Source of the DNA: an uncultured virus (IMG/VR IMGVR_UViG_3300037466_003063)
Taxonomy: Duplodnaviria > Heunggongvirae > Uroviricota > Caudoviricetes
IMG/VR virus record: IMGVR_UViG_3300037466_003063
Strand: one strand, 5' to 3'
Length of the DNA: 64,000 bases
The stretch's first letter is position 1, and each line of letters begins with the position of its first letter. A program made the position numbers and the translations under genes. The notes under the pieces were generated by a model, which was given only the letters and a program-made list of their open reading frames with translations, ran no database searches and was not told the DNA's origin. Shown in pieces: positions 46,906 to 57,761 of this stretch.

Positions 46906-49900
46906 ATGAGTCGCGAGAAGACCTACTACTTCGATGTGCGCGAAACGACTGTTCGGTCGGCTCAGGTGAACGCAAGCAGCGTCGCCGAGGCGCGGCAGAA
47001 GCTCGACGCATGGCTCGCCAGTAAAGGAGCGTCGAACGATGATGATTCGATCGTGCTCGGTGATCTGGATTCTGTCCGCATCACGTTCCGCTCGGTGCGC
47101 GACGTGAACGTTTATCCGCTGATCCCTGATGTCGATTGGCGTGAGGAAGTGATCGCGGAGCACATGGGAGAGCGGAAGTGAGCGCCAAACCGAAGCGCGC
47201 GGCCCAGAAGCCAGAGATGGACAAAACTAAGCCGCCGCTCGCGAAGCGGTGGGAAAATGCGCGGAAGCCAGGTCGAGCGAGGCTGTTCGGACTATATTGC
47301 GGCATCGGCAAGGTCATCACCGAGCGCGCCATGGAAGCGCTCGGCATTGAGCCGACGAAGAAGCGCACCGATCTCAGCGACGAGGAAGTGAGGGTCCTCA
47401 CCGAATTCCTTGAAGCCTATCTCGAAGGGAAGAAGGCGTGATGACCGATGAGGAAGAACGCGCGATCACGATCCACCGCAACGGCTTGCCGGCTGGTTAC
47501 CGCATCATCAACTTGCCGGACCTGATCGACTGGCTGCAGGGTCAGATGGCGCTCCATCAGCCGACGAACACGATTCCTGTGCCAACGGTCGACACGCTCG
47601 ACGGGCTGTGGGTCAACGTGACGACGATCGACGGCGAGCCGTTGCAGCCGCGTCCCGATAAGCTAGTCCTCGGCGCTTACTACGACGAAGCGAACAAATG
47701 GGTAACGACCGGACAGACGAACAGCGGCGCAGAATTTATGCGTTTCAGCGACGGCTCGCTCGAAGTCACCGTCAACAGCGAGTTCGAGAGCGATTCCTAC
47801 CGGCTACCAGCAGACGAGGTCGCGCAGCTGCTGGAGTTCCTGCGATGATCGGCGACCCGACGAATGCCGCTGAAGCGATCGACTATCTGCGTCGACACGG
47901 CGCTCAAGAGGGTTACGACCGCGGCGGCGACAAGATCATCGAAGCGGCTGACATCATCGCGGCCGAGATGCGAGCGCGCGACACGGTGCAGCCTGGTCAG
48001 ACCGTCTACGTGCAACTGGACACGCGCGACGGCGAGATGGTGCTGCACGCCGAGGTCACCGCAGAAGGCGGACCGCGCATCATTCTGAGGGAGGGCAGCA
48101 AGACGACGCTGCTGTTCGAGCGGAAATGAGCGGAAGAGTGCAACCGTTCAGCAGTTCCAAGCGGCTCCCCGCCGACGCAGCGGGATTGCGGCTCTGCAAG
48201 ATTTTCCCCGGCGACGATCTGCGGCTCTGCGAGCCAGTCGTGTTCACGAAGGGCAGGGCGGCCGTCGACACGGTACTGCGCCGTGCCGCGATCTCAGGGC
48301 GCGTCGAGATCGAACCAGGCAGCCCGCTTCCCGACCACTTCGCTGACATCATCGACAGCAAGGGCGACGCGGTTGGCAACGTCGCGCTCGACGCGAAGTC
48401 GTTCAAGGCGCTCAAAGAGCACTGGATGCGGTGCAAATACGAGGTGTACGAATGACGCTGCTACCCAAAGTGCAATTCGTCGCCGGCGAAGAACTCAAGA
48501 TCGGCCAGTGGGTCGCGATCAACAAGGAAGACGGCAAGCTCTACCGCGCCGTAGCGGGCAAGGACGAACGCGCCTTCTGCATTCCGCCCGAGGCGGTGTT
48601 CAAGGACGGCATTATGACGCTCCCTGAGTATCGGTGGCCGCTGAGATGAAACCCGTCGAGCAGCAGATCGCCGAGACCCGCGACTTGGGTGAGCTTCAGC
48701 GTTGGGCCGAGGCCATCCGGAAGCGGATCCGCGAGCTACGCGAAGAATTCGAGGCGACCGCCACACAGCAGCATGGAAAGGCGTAAGTTAATGCCCAACT
48801 CAGGTGATATGATTGAGCGGCGCTTGGCCGAGGAATTTGCCGCTGGCTATACGCCGGGTCGCGGGCAGTCGCTTATGGACTTGCTCGAAGAAGCATTCCT
48901 GTGGCTGCGAGAACGGTCAATCCCGGAAGCCCTCTCCTCACTTCCTCAATCAGATGATCGAGAATTGGTGGAGCGGTTATCGCGGCTTGATATGCGACAG
49001 GTTGATGCACCTGTTGTGATTGCTGAAGCGAAGTCACGCCTTCTCCAGCTATCCAGAGATGTGGATTTACTGCGAGAGGTGCTTGAGCGCATCCAGAAAG
49101 AGGACACGCGAACCGAGCGAACGCCGCACTTGTCTTATGCCGACGACCGCGAGTTGTGGACTGAACGCAAGATCGAAGGCCGTTGTGCGAAGATAGCTCG
49201 CGAAGCGCGTGCCGCAGTATCGTCTGGGACAACATGAGCATCCTCATTTCCCTGATCTCGGGCGGGGCAGCCATGCTGGCGAGCAGCTGGTTCGCTGCGA
49301 AACTCGTTCCAGAGCCGAAAAACAGCGTGCCGATTCCCCATCCGGAGCCGCCGTCGCTCTGGGAACCTGGCAGCACGGCATTCTGGCTGGATCCGGACCT
49401 ATGGAATCGCACGCCTGAGATCGACGACCGACTCGACATCTGCTGGATGCATCTCGATGGACCGATCCTGCGCCGCGAAGCCGTCGCCGGCAGACCGCTT
49501 CAGGTGATGTGGGGAACCCTGCGCCGCGAAATGCAGGTTCAGACGGTGTGGACGGACATCTACGGAAAACATCATCTGCCGCCGCCAGTTGACGGCGTAA
49601 GGCTTTGAGTTCAGGCTAATGCAATGGTGATCGCGTATATTATCGCGCTTCAATTTGCCGCCGATCCGCTCGACCAGGCGAAGGCCGCATACGAGCAGTG
49701 CGTCACTGCAGAAGCGGTTCACCTCGGTGCCGATAATCAGGAAAGCGCCGACACGATTCTTCGGGCGGTGAGGTTCAAATGCGAACCCGAGTGGCAGCAA
49801 CTGGCGGCCACGTTCCCGAGCGGCACCGGCGTGTTCATCGCGGAACAGGCACGATCGCGCGCTCTGGCGAAGTGGCATTCGGATGCGGAAGGCGCTGCGG

Positions 49901-50398
49901 TTGCGGCGTTGCTTTCAGTCCGTTTACAGCGCCAGGGGCGTAGGTAGGACTGCTTCACTGCCCCATCGCACCGGAACTGAACATCATCTCGTTGGCGATC
50001 ACGGCAATCATGCCCCATAAGAACATGACTACGACGGGCGCCACCATCCATTTTTCAGGAGGCCACTCCTCGGTGACGCGTGCGATCGTCGGGAATAAAC
50101 GTTTAAACACAACGCTTCTTAACGAAGATTAAGCAGCACGCCAACAGGGCAGAAAATTTGACCTGGATAGCAGTTGAAACTACACTCCAAAGTGGAAAGG
50201 AGTGAGATTATGCTGCAGACCGTCATCAACGATGTGATCGCCCAGGCTCGCCTGCGGATCGAGACTCGCGTGTCGACTGCCGAAGACGAAATCGTCGCCA
50301 TCGGCAAGGAGCTTTCGGCGCGTATCAGGAAGCGTGCTCTGCTTTCCGTCGCCGTCACCGCCGTCATCAGTTTCGCGCTCGGTGCGATTCTGTTTTAA
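46906..50398 (+). other. Rightward cluster of small hypothetical genes (46906-47181, 47178-47441, 47438-47848, 47845-48129, 48126-48455, 48452-48649, 48791-49237, 49234-49608, 49624-49947, 50210-50398)
   Basis: Coupled ORFs after a promoter/operator at 46851-46870. Confidence 0.7.
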
Positions 50399-50406
50399 TT
50401 GCGGTT

Positions 50407-50450
50407 TCAATAAACGGTTGACGTAGTCACGACTCGTCTGTAGTCAACCG
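50407..50450 (+). promoter_or_regulatory. Rightward promoter with operator
   Basis: TTGACG (50418) -17nt- TAGTCA (50441); TCAAT-N5-GTTGA at 50407-50421. Confidence 0.7.
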
Positions 50451-50452
50451 AA

Positions 50453-51117
50453 TCAGTCGGTGGCGACGGGAAGCATGGTAAGCCGGAGAGGGGTTGCAAA
50501 CCCTCAAAGGAGCCGCCCGAGACCCGCTTGGCCCGAGGTCTGGTTGCGATATATCGGGCAGAGAGAATCATCTTCCGGCGGCGGCCGGAACACCGACAAC
50601 GAGTTTGGGGACCGGTTACTTCCGCTCTGCAGAGAGGGAGCGATGGCCCAAATAAGCGAGGCTCTACGGCTCGCAGGACGATGCAGTTCTGCTTGCCGGA
50701 CATGCGGAGTGGCCGTGCCGCAGCTTCGACGAAGAACCCCCTCGGCGGGATCCTGCATCGGGTCGGCTGCCGAGGGGAGCGGTGACACCTGCGAGGCGGG
50801 GAGTGCTGCTGCTCTGGGATGGACGCACGGATCTGCGTTCGCCACACTAAGGAGTCGGCAGGATCCCACTCCCCTTCTCGCAGGTGAGCGCCGGCAGCGG
50901 GGTGGAGACTCAGCCTCGCAAGCGCTTAGGAGCATGACAGCCGGTAAATGCTCCCGCGAGTGGACCGTGAACGAGGGTGCTCCTGGCGTCCGACAGTCCT
51001 CATCCAGGTAGGGGAACGGCGAGTTCGGCCAAGGCGGTCTGTTGCGTCTTAGCCGGTTTCCTCGTCGGCCTCTGCTCGAAGCCCCGCCGGTCAACGCATG
51101 ACACCGGCGGGGCTTTT
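50453..51117 (+). ncRNA. Candidate large structured non-coding RNA (~660 nt)
   Basis: Promoter and terminator bracket a region with no credible ORF and more than 12 nested helices plus loop-loop complementarities. Confidence 0.7.
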
Positions 51118-51118
51118 C
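51079..51118 (+). terminator. Intrinsic terminator
   Basis: AAGCCCCGCCGGT/ACCGGCGGGGCTT followed by TT. Confidence 0.85.
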
Positions 51119-51190
51119 TGTTAGAAACCGCAGAACCAACGTAGTTGATTCGGGAAGGGACTGTCAGTGGCAGCTGATGGTCCCTTTTTT

Positions 51191-53800
51191 CTATACCCCG
51201 AACAGGTCGATCCCCATCTTGATGCGGTACGCTTCTTCATCACCGCGGTAGTAGAGCCGCTGCTGGCCGTAGGTCTTGTGCCGGTAGCGCTCGCCCCAAC
51301 AGAACCATCCCGGTACGAGCCGCATCGCGCGGCCGAGCGTCTGCGCCGCCTGCTGGTTGTACGATTTCGCGTCCGAGCCGAGGCATTCGACCCAGATTTC
51401 GACCAGGCAGGTTTCGTCGCGCGGCTTGGCCGGTCCTTCGTCGTCCATTCCGCCGGTCGACACAGGGCGATCAAGCCATGCAGCGATCCTGCCAGCGAGT
51501 GCGTCGTCCGCGGATTCGACCCGAGCAGACTCCTGCCGCCGTGCGGCAATCACCTTGGCTTCTTCGTCGTCGAGATAGAGCGGCAGCGTGCCACGTGGCT
51601 GCACCGAGCGCATCTGGCGGTAAATCGCCACCGCCTCGGCCCAAAGCTGGTCGACTTCGCGCTCCAGACGGTCGGTATCGATTTCCTCGACGTGGCAGCT
51701 GACCGGCCAGTAGCGGCGACCGCCGGTGTCGTCCTTCAGGTAGCGGTCGTCGTTGGTCGAACCGATGAAGATGCACTGCCGGTCGTACTGCTCGGCGCGG
51801 CGGTTGTAGGCGAGGCGAACCTTGTCGGTGCGGCGGCTGATGAACGCCTTGATGTGGCGAACGTCAGCGCGGGCGAAGCCGGAAAGCTCGGGGATTTCGA
51901 GGATCCATGCTCCCTGCATCAACTCGACCATCTGCTTGGCGTCCTCGAAGTCGCCGTCGAGTTCGGCGAACCAGCTTTTCGCGAGGATCGAGATGAAGGT
52001 CGATTTGCGCTTGCCCTGCAGACCTTCGAGAATCACCGCGAAGTCGAACTTGTGACCTGGCTCGAACACGCGGGTCACGCCGGCGGTGAGCATCAGCCGA
52101 GCTACAGACCGGTGGTAGGCGTCGTCGGGCGCCCCGACATATTCCACGAAAAGGCGCTCGATTCGCTCGGTTCCGTCCCACTGCAGACCGGAGAGATATT
52201 CCCGAACGGGGTGAAAGGCGTTCTTACGACCAGCGATGTTGATCGCTGCACGTAAATCTCGGTCGGGAACCTTGATCCCATAACCGCCCTGAGTTTCCGG
52301 AGCTTCGATGAGCGCCCTGATCGCATCGTCCTTGTCCTCGGTCCAGAAGTCCCCGTTGATCGTGTCCCGAAGCACCCATGACGGGCCTTCCAACTGCAGC
52401 GGCTGCTTCGCCTGGTTCTTCCGCTTCGGGTTTTTACGACCCGGCTGGCCGCGCTGCACGATTTCCTTGGTGAACTCGTTGTAGGAAGCGACGCCGCGCG
52501 TCCAGATGTCGTTCTCGACGATCAGCCGGAGGTTGTGCAGCGTCGGCTTGAGACCGCCTTCCTCGTTGAAGTGCAACAGCGACTTCCAGTCGAGCTTGAG
52601 CGCTTCGGCGCGCTCCTCGGGAGACAGGTCTAGCGCGGCGAGGTCGTCATCTTCGATGAGTTCGTCGAAGTCGCTGGATTCCCCCTCAAGCTCGTCGAAA
52701 TCGCTTGCCTCACTGCTTTTCTCAGGCGCCCGTGCAAGCTCGTCAAAGTCGCTCGCATCTCCGGCGTCATCCGAATCGAAACTATCATCGGTGGGTGCCT
52801 CCTCGAAGTCGTCGAACTGGTCGCGCAGCGCCGCGGCACGCGCATCCGCGGCCCATTGCCGAACGGTCGCCATTGTCACCGGCTGGCGGCGGTTGCGGCC
52901 GAACCCGCGCCACTTCTTGCGCATCTCACGCAAGCCAGCCTTGGTGTCGTCGAACTTCTCCGAGCGCTTCGACTGCTCGACCCAGAGATCGAAGCCGGCA
53001 TCGCTCGCACCGAACTGGTGGTGGAGCGCCTGCCCGAGCGTCACCCAATCGTGATAATCGTCTAAGCGCTCGACCGGCAGCGACTCAAGGTCGCGCTCCA
53101 TCTGACCCGGCTTGAAGGTCAGTGGCTCTCGCGTCTCGAATTCATACTCTGCGGTTTCAGCGGCGCCGAGCGATTCGATGACGTTCGCGGGAATGTGATG
53201 CACCTCGACGCCGAACAGCATCGAATCGAGGTCGAACGGCCGTTCCCAGACGTACGGTTTGCCGGTGTCGGGATGAATCGAGGGCGGCATCGCGACATGC
53301 TTGCCCGTACCGAAAAGTTCGATTTCCCAATCGTACGACCAGACCTCTTTCTTCCGGTCGTGGTCATAGCGCCGGTGCTTGCCCTCGCTGACCGCGAGCT
53401 TCTTGCCGAAGAAGGGCTTGTCGGTCGTGAAATAGAGGTGCCGTGATTCGCCGCCTGACCCTGACTGGACCGAGGGCAGCGCCTTTACATCGACACCGGG
53501 CAGCAGCTTGGCGAGCGCTTCCCGCGCTTCCTCGGCACATTCCGCGATGCGGATGTCCATGTCGATGACAAGCAGATAGTCGCCGTTGACCAGATGCGAC
53601 GGTTCACCGAGTCGCACGCCAAGATTGTTGCCGCGCGCGTGCGTCGACCGGAGCGTGTCGAGCGACGCGACGGCGCGTTCCGACCAATCGTTGCCGATCG
53701 GCCGCTTGGTGCGCGGATGCAGCCAATGACAGGCGAAGCCCGCATCGCGCAGCGGCCCGATGGCCGCGAGGACAGAATTATCGTGCGGATCGGTGCTCAT
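51191..53800 (-). CDS. Primase-helicase (Prim-Pol + PriCT-2 + VirE/SF3 ATPase)
   Basis: NLGVRLG, VIDMD, SGGESRHLYF; W..LGQALHH; GLQGKRKST; DDTGGRRYWPV. Confidence 0.93.
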   Translation of the reverse strand: MSTDPHDNSVLAAIGPLRDAGFACHWLHPRTKRPIGNDWSERAVASLDTLRSTHARGNNLGVRLGEPSHLVNGDYLLVIDMDIRIAECAEEAREALAKLLPGVDVKALPSVQSGSGGESRHLYFTTDKPFFGKKLAVSEGKHRRYDHDRKKEVWSYDWEIELFGTGKHVAMPPSIHPDTGKPYVWERPFDLDSMLFGVEVHHIPANVIESLGAAETAEYEFETREPLTFKPGQMERDLESLPVERLDDYHDWVTLGQALHHQFGASDAGFDLWVEQSKRSEKFDDTKAGLREMRKKWRGFGRNRRQPVTMATVRQWAADARAAALRDQFDDFEEAPTDDSFDSDDAGDASDFDELARAPEKSSEASDFDELEGESSDFDELIEDDDLAALDLSPEERAEALKLDWKSLLHFNEEGGLKPTLHNLRLIVENDIWTRGVASYNEFTKEIVQRGQPGRKNPKRKNQAKQPLQLEGPSWVLRDTINGDFWTEDKDDAIRALIEAPETQGGYGIKVPDRDLRAAINIAGRKNAFHPVREYLSGLQWDGTERIERLFVEYVGAPDDAYHRSVARLMLTAGVTRVFEPGHKFDFAVILEGLQGKRKSTFISILAKSWFAELDGDFEDAKQMVELMQGAWILEIPELSGFARADVRHIKAFISRRTDKVRLAYNRRAEQYDRQCIFIGSTNDDRYLKDDTGGRRYWPVSCHVEEIDTDRLEREVDQLWAEAVAIYRQMRSVQPRGTLPLYLDDEEAKVIAARRQESARVESADDALAGRIAAWLDRPVSTGGMDDEGPAKPRDETCLVEIWVECLGSDAKSYNQQAAQTLGRAMRLVPGWFCWGERYRHKTYGQQRLYYRGDEEAYRIKMGIDLFGV

Positions 53801-53841
53801 TCTTCACGTTGCGCCTTGAAAGAGATTGACGAGCAAGGCGC

Positions 53842-54141
53842 TCAGAAGAATGGGCAGAAGTCCTCGAACACTGGCGGCGCTCGATCGACCGCGGCGAGCG
53901 CGGCGACATTGTCCGGCTGATTGGCGACTCGGACCATCTCTCGCGCGTTGTCGGGAGTGACCTTGCCCTGGCGGAGCCACTTGTAGATCGCCTCGTGCGA
54001 CTTGCCGAGATCGCCTTTCAGCCTCTGCACGTCGAGCACGCCGAGGGTCGTGCGGTAGGTCGGAAAAATGCCAAGCAGCATGTTGTAAAGCGCGCCGGCG
54101 GCCCAATCGGGACGGCCGGGAATGCGGGTCTGGACGGTCAT
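53842..54141 (-). CDS. Cro-like HTH regulator
   Basis: L..DLGKSHEAIYKWLRQG; divergent from the replication operon. Confidence 0.7.
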   Translation of the reverse strand: MTVQTRIPGRPDWAAGALYNMLLGIFPTYRTTLGVLDVQRLKGDLGKSHEAIYKWLRQGKVTPDNAREMVRVANQPDNVAALAAVDRAPPVFEDFCPFF

Positions 54142-54299
54142 GGTCGCTCCTTCGTTCGCGGCGAACCTATGCGGAAGCGATGTGGAAATCAACCGTTTAG
54201 TGTTTCTGTCACCAAAGGGTTGAAACGTCGCGGCGGCTGTGCCACAAAATGCGCGACTCGCCGACATGGCCGTCACGGACCAACACGAAGGGACCATCA

Positions 54300-54869
54300 A
54301 TGAGCCTCGAAGAAAGACTCGCAGAAAACACTGCGGCGCTGAACCGCAACAGCGACCTGCTGGAGCGCGTCGTGGCCGGCCAGGAAGCCGCCATGGCGAA
54401 ACTCGAATCGAACAGCGGCAGCGGTCGCAAGCGTTCGACGAAGAAGGACGAACCGGCGGCAGGTGATTCGTCGGGAAACGCAGGCAACGAGCCTGCCGAC
54501 ACGGGATCGCAGGAGGGCGCTGCCGCAGCTGCGTCTGAACCTGAAGTCACCACGCAAACCGTCGCCGACATCGCGCAAGGCATCACCAGCGAAGCGCAGA
54601 TGAAGGAATATGTTTCGGCCTGGACCGGTGGAACCGAGGATCAGGATGAGCGTGCCAAGCGTGTCGGCTTGCTGAAGGCGATCGCCGGCAAGCTCGGCGT
54701 CTCCCCGAATTTCGCGTCACTTACGCCGCACGCCGCCAAGACGGTCTTCTTCATCGAGCGCGCGAAGGCTCTCGGTGTCGACGAAGTCGATGTGGAAGCC
54801 GCCTACGACTTCGACGGGGATCCCGCCCAAACCGTTGCCGCCGCCGCGCCGGCGAGCGACTTCGAGTAA
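54300..54869 (+). CDS. Hypothetical protein (MSLE..L.ENTAA family)
   Basis: Typical first gene of the Chi-like replication operon. Confidence 0.75.
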   Translation: MSLEERLAENTAALNRNSDLLERVVAGQEAAMAKLESNSGSGRKRSTKKDEPAAGDSSGNAGNEPADTGSQEGAAAAASEPEVTTQTVADIAQGITSEAQMKEYVSAWTGGTEDQDERAKRVGLLKAIAGKLGVSPNFASLTPHAAKTVFFIERAKALGVDEVDVEAAYDFDGDPAQTVAAAAPASDFE

Positions 54870-55206
54870 GCGGGACGGGCCGAGCGGTCGAACCAGGCGC
54901 GTCTTACCTCCCCTTCGCGCCGAGGCTTCGATCCAGTGAGGGTAACACCTCCCGGCCCAACCCGGCTCTCCGGCGACAGGCGGGTTTCCATCCCCTTGGC
55001 CCGCCTGTCACCCGAGCGCCGGATATGATGAACGCAAACCTGCCCAACAGGACCCTCGAAGACATTCTCGACATCGCGTTCGTGATGCGAGGTCTGCCGC
55101 GGCACGTTCGCGACATCAGCATTCTGGAATCGGAGAATGTCGTCGACTGTCGCGACCTGTTTCTCCGGCGGAGCCGCATGGCTGAATATCTCTGCAGCGA
55201 CGGCGC

Positions 55207-55743
55207 ATGAGCGAAGAGTGGAGAGATATTAACGGTCACGCAGGCTACCAGGTGAGCAACCTAGGTCGCGTGAGATCACTCGATCGAGTGAAAGTCTGCC
55301 GCGGTAGATGGGGGCTGTGCAAGCGTCGCCTCAAAGGTCGAATGCTAACGACGACGCGATTTCGTAATGGGTATCTCGGTATCGTGCTAGGAAGTGGCTC
55401 TAAATCTCATTTGGTACACCGTCTGGTTGCGCAAGCGTTCATTGCAAACCCGCTCGAACTTCCAGAAGTAAATCATAAAGATGGGATTAGAAGCAACAAT
55501 GTTGTCGGGAACTTGGAATGGGTAAGCAGCACCGGCAATAAATTGCATTCCTACCGAGAGTTGGGCCGGAAGCAGCACGAGTGGACAATTCCTGTCGCAC
55601 TTGTTGGCGGGTCTGAAAGATTGGAATTTCCGTCAGAGTTGGCAGCTGCAAAGCATCTCGGCGTGGACGCCGGAAGTATTCGTTCCGCCCTAAAGCGAGA
55701 TCATTGCTGCAGAGGTTGGCGCGTTGAAAGGATTGCGGCGTGA
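55207..55743 (+). CDS. NUMOD4-HNH homing endonuclease
   Basis: EEWRDI.G..GYQVSNLGRVRS; VHRLVA.AF; VNHKDG...NN...NLEW; lower GC. Confidence 0.93.
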   Translation: MSEEWRDINGHAGYQVSNLGRVRSLDRVKVCRGRWGLCKRRLKGRMLTTTRFRNGYLGIVLGSGSKSHLVHRLVAQAFIANPLELPEVNHKDGIRSNNVVGNLEWVSSTGNKLHSYRELGRKQHEWTIPVALVGGSERLEFPSELAAAKHLGVDAGSIRSALKRDHCCRGWRVERIAA

Positions 55744-56960
55744 GCGACACGCTTCGTGATCTGGAGTTATGGGAGCATTCCCCATTCGGTCCTTCTCAGG
55801 CTGAGGGTTGGTCGAATTGTCTCGATTACGTGTGGGCGAATCTCGGACTCCCCGACCTCAACTTGAAGGTGGCAGCTGAAGGAACGTTCGCGCACATCAT
55901 CTCAGACGAGTGTTTGCTACTCGGCAGCGATGCGTACGACTACATCGGTCATCGGATAAAGGTAAGCGACTGGACATTCGAGTGGACTGCTGACGACGCA
56001 GACCTGTTGCAGCCGGGAATAGACTGGATCCGCGAACAAGGCGGAATCTTCTTTGGCGAGCAACGTGTTGACGTATCGCCTTGGACGATTCCCCATCAGC
56101 ACGGCACGCTTGACCGCGCTGTTATCGTCGAGCGCGACGATGCCTGGTGGGTGATCATCGTCGATTGCAAATGGGGTAGGGGTATCCCTGTTAGTCCTGT
56201 ACGCAACAAGCAGCTGGTGCTCTACGCACTCGGCTTCTGGAAAGCGCACGCGGAAAAGATTTGTGTCGGCAAACCAGTCAAGTTCCAACTCGTCATCGAT
56301 CAACCCCGTTGCGGCGGCGGAGGCGGCTTCTGGGACACAACGCTCGGCGAACTGCGGGAAATAGGCTACTATCTGCGTGAGCGCGCGATGGCGAGCAGCA
56401 CGATGGAGAATCCGCCGCGCAATCCGACCGAAAAGGGCTGCATGTTCTGCCGCCGCAAGCTCGCCCCAGGCGGCTGTCAGCCGTACGAGGAATGGCGCGT
56501 TCGCCTGCTCGGGCTGCGGTTCAGCGACCTCGACGTTGACGTGAGCGAAGCGCCGCTGCTCGAAACGGCGATGACTCCGCGGCGCCGCTCGTATCTGCTG
56601 CAGCACAAGGCAGGCATCGAGCGCTGGCTGGACACCCATTACGATGCTGCGCTCGATGACGCGCTCGCGGGCCGCGATGCCGGAACGATGAAGGCAGTGA
56701 TCGACGGTCGCAAGGGACCGCGCGACAAGTGGAAGCATGAGGAGAGCGCCGGCGAAGTGCTCGAACAGCTTCTTGGCGACAAAAGTTTCACTAAAAAGTT
56801 GATTACTCCAAATCAGGCGTGTAAGCAGGTATCTCAAGAGGACCGGGACAAACTCGAAAATCTCATCGCCCGCGGTGAGAAGGGTCACAGCCTGGTGCCT
56901 CTGGAGGATGCTCGGCCCGCAGTGACGCGGACCGCAGCGAGCGAATTTGACGACCTCTGA
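55740..56960 (+). CDS. DUF2800 Cas4-like PD-(D/E)xK exonuclease
   Basis: HS..GPS.A..W..C, AAEGT.AH, GTLD, VD.KWGRG, N.QL.LYALG, C.FC. Confidence 0.88.
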   Translation: MSDTLRDLELWEHSPFGPSQAEGWSNCLDYVWANLGLPDLNLKVAAEGTFAHIISDECLLLGSDAYDYIGHRIKVSDWTFEWTADDADLLQPGIDWIREQGGIFFGEQRVDVSPWTIPHQHGTLDRAVIVERDDAWWVIIVDCKWGRGIPVSPVRNKQLVLYALGFWKAHAEKICVGKPVKFQLVIDQPRCGGGGGFWDTTLGELREIGYYLRERAMASSTMENPPRNPTEKGCMFCRRKLAPGGCQPYEEWRVRLLGLRFSDLDVDVSEAPLLETAMTPRRRSYLLQHKAGIERWLDTHYDAALDDALAGRDAGTMKAVIDGRKGPRDKWKHEESAGEVLEQLLGDKSFTKKLITPNQACKQVSQEDRDKLENLIARGEKGHSLVPLEDARPAVTRTAASEFDDL

Positions 56961-56973
56961 GAAGGGACCATTG

Positions 56974-57666
56974 ATGGCCGAGGAAAAGAAACAGGATCCG
57001 CGCACTTGTCAGCTGAAGATGGTGCGGTTGTCGTTCACGGACGGGCTGAAGGACAAGAAGTCTCCGGTTCGCGACGGCAAGGAGAAGCACAGCTGCAATC
57101 TGATCATCGTGCAGTCTGCTGAGGATGGCGATGCGCTGTCGAAGCAGGCAGCGGCATTGTTCGACGAAAACCAGAAGAAGATCATCGCCTGCATCAAGGA
57201 AGCAGGTGACGCTCAGTGGGGCAAGCCTGACATCTATAAGAGCATCGCCGAAGACGATCCCAAGCGGCTCTGCTTCCGCAAAGGTGAGCGCTTCAAGAAC
57301 GACGACGGCGAAATCTACAAGGGTTACGCCGGAAATTGGGGACTGTCCTGCTCTGGCCCCGGTGGCGGCAAGCATCGTCCCAAGATGTATGACCGCCACA
57401 AGCGCGACGTGGCCGAGAACGACATTCTCGATGTCTGCTACGGCGGCAGCTACGCCGATGTGATCGTGTCTTTCTACGGCACCGACGAGGGCGGCAAGGG
57501 CATCTTCTGCTCGGTCGAGGCGATCCGTTCCCGCCAGGAAGGCACACGGATCGGCGGCGGCATCAACGTCAGCGCCGACGACTTCGACGATCTCGACGAT
57601 GGCGACGCTTTCGAGGGTACGTCGTCGTCTTCGTCATCGAGCAGCAGCGACAGCGACTTCGGTTAA
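56974..57666 (+). CDS. DUF2815 ssDNA-binding protein
   Basis: VRLSF, YGGSYA, acidic/Ser-rich C-terminal tail. Confidence 0.88.
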   Translation: MAEEKKQDPRTCQLKMVRLSFTDGLKDKKSPVRDGKEKHSCNLIIVQSAEDGDALSKQAAALFDENQKKIIACIKEAGDAQWGKPDIYKSIAEDDPKRLCFRKGERFKNDDGEIYKGYAGNWGLSCSGPGGGKHRPKMYDRHKRDVAENDILDVCYGGSYADVIVSFYGTDEGGKGIFCSVEAIRSRQEGTRIGGGINVSADDFDDLDDGDAFEGTSSSSSSSSSDSDFG

Positions 57667-57703
57667 TCGAAACCGGCGGGATTCCCCCTGTTGCCCGCCG
57701 GTC

Positions 57704-57742
57704 GGGGAGGTCGCTCATGCCCCCGAGTGACCTCCCCCTTTT
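57704..57742 (+). terminator. Intrinsic terminator after SSB, preceded by a second hairpin at 57672-57702
   Basis: GGGGAGGTCGCTC/GAGTGACCTCCCC + TTTT. Confidence 0.8.
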
Positions 57743-57761
57743 GCGTCTGAGGATCCATCCC

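Noticed and set aside
15688..49206. DGR template/variable repeat pair
   Set aside because: Differences are not adenine-specific, are mostly synonymous, and no reverse transcriptase is in the window
50462..50540. tRNA-Cys gene (GGGG-TTGCAAA-CCCT anticodon-like hairpin)
   Set aside because: No T-arm GTTCRA, no canonical acceptor stem or CCA; treated as part of the larger RNA
50980..51070. Hammerhead or RNase P motifs on the minus strand (GATGAG, GAGGAAA)
   Set aside because: CUGAUGA core and RNase P GAGGAAAGUCC consensus are not met
50460..51139. ORFs 50460-51011 (+), 50504-51139 (-), 50407-50847 (-)
   Set aside because: No SD, low-complexity Arg/Pro/Ser-rich translations, no motifs; base-pairing explains the region better
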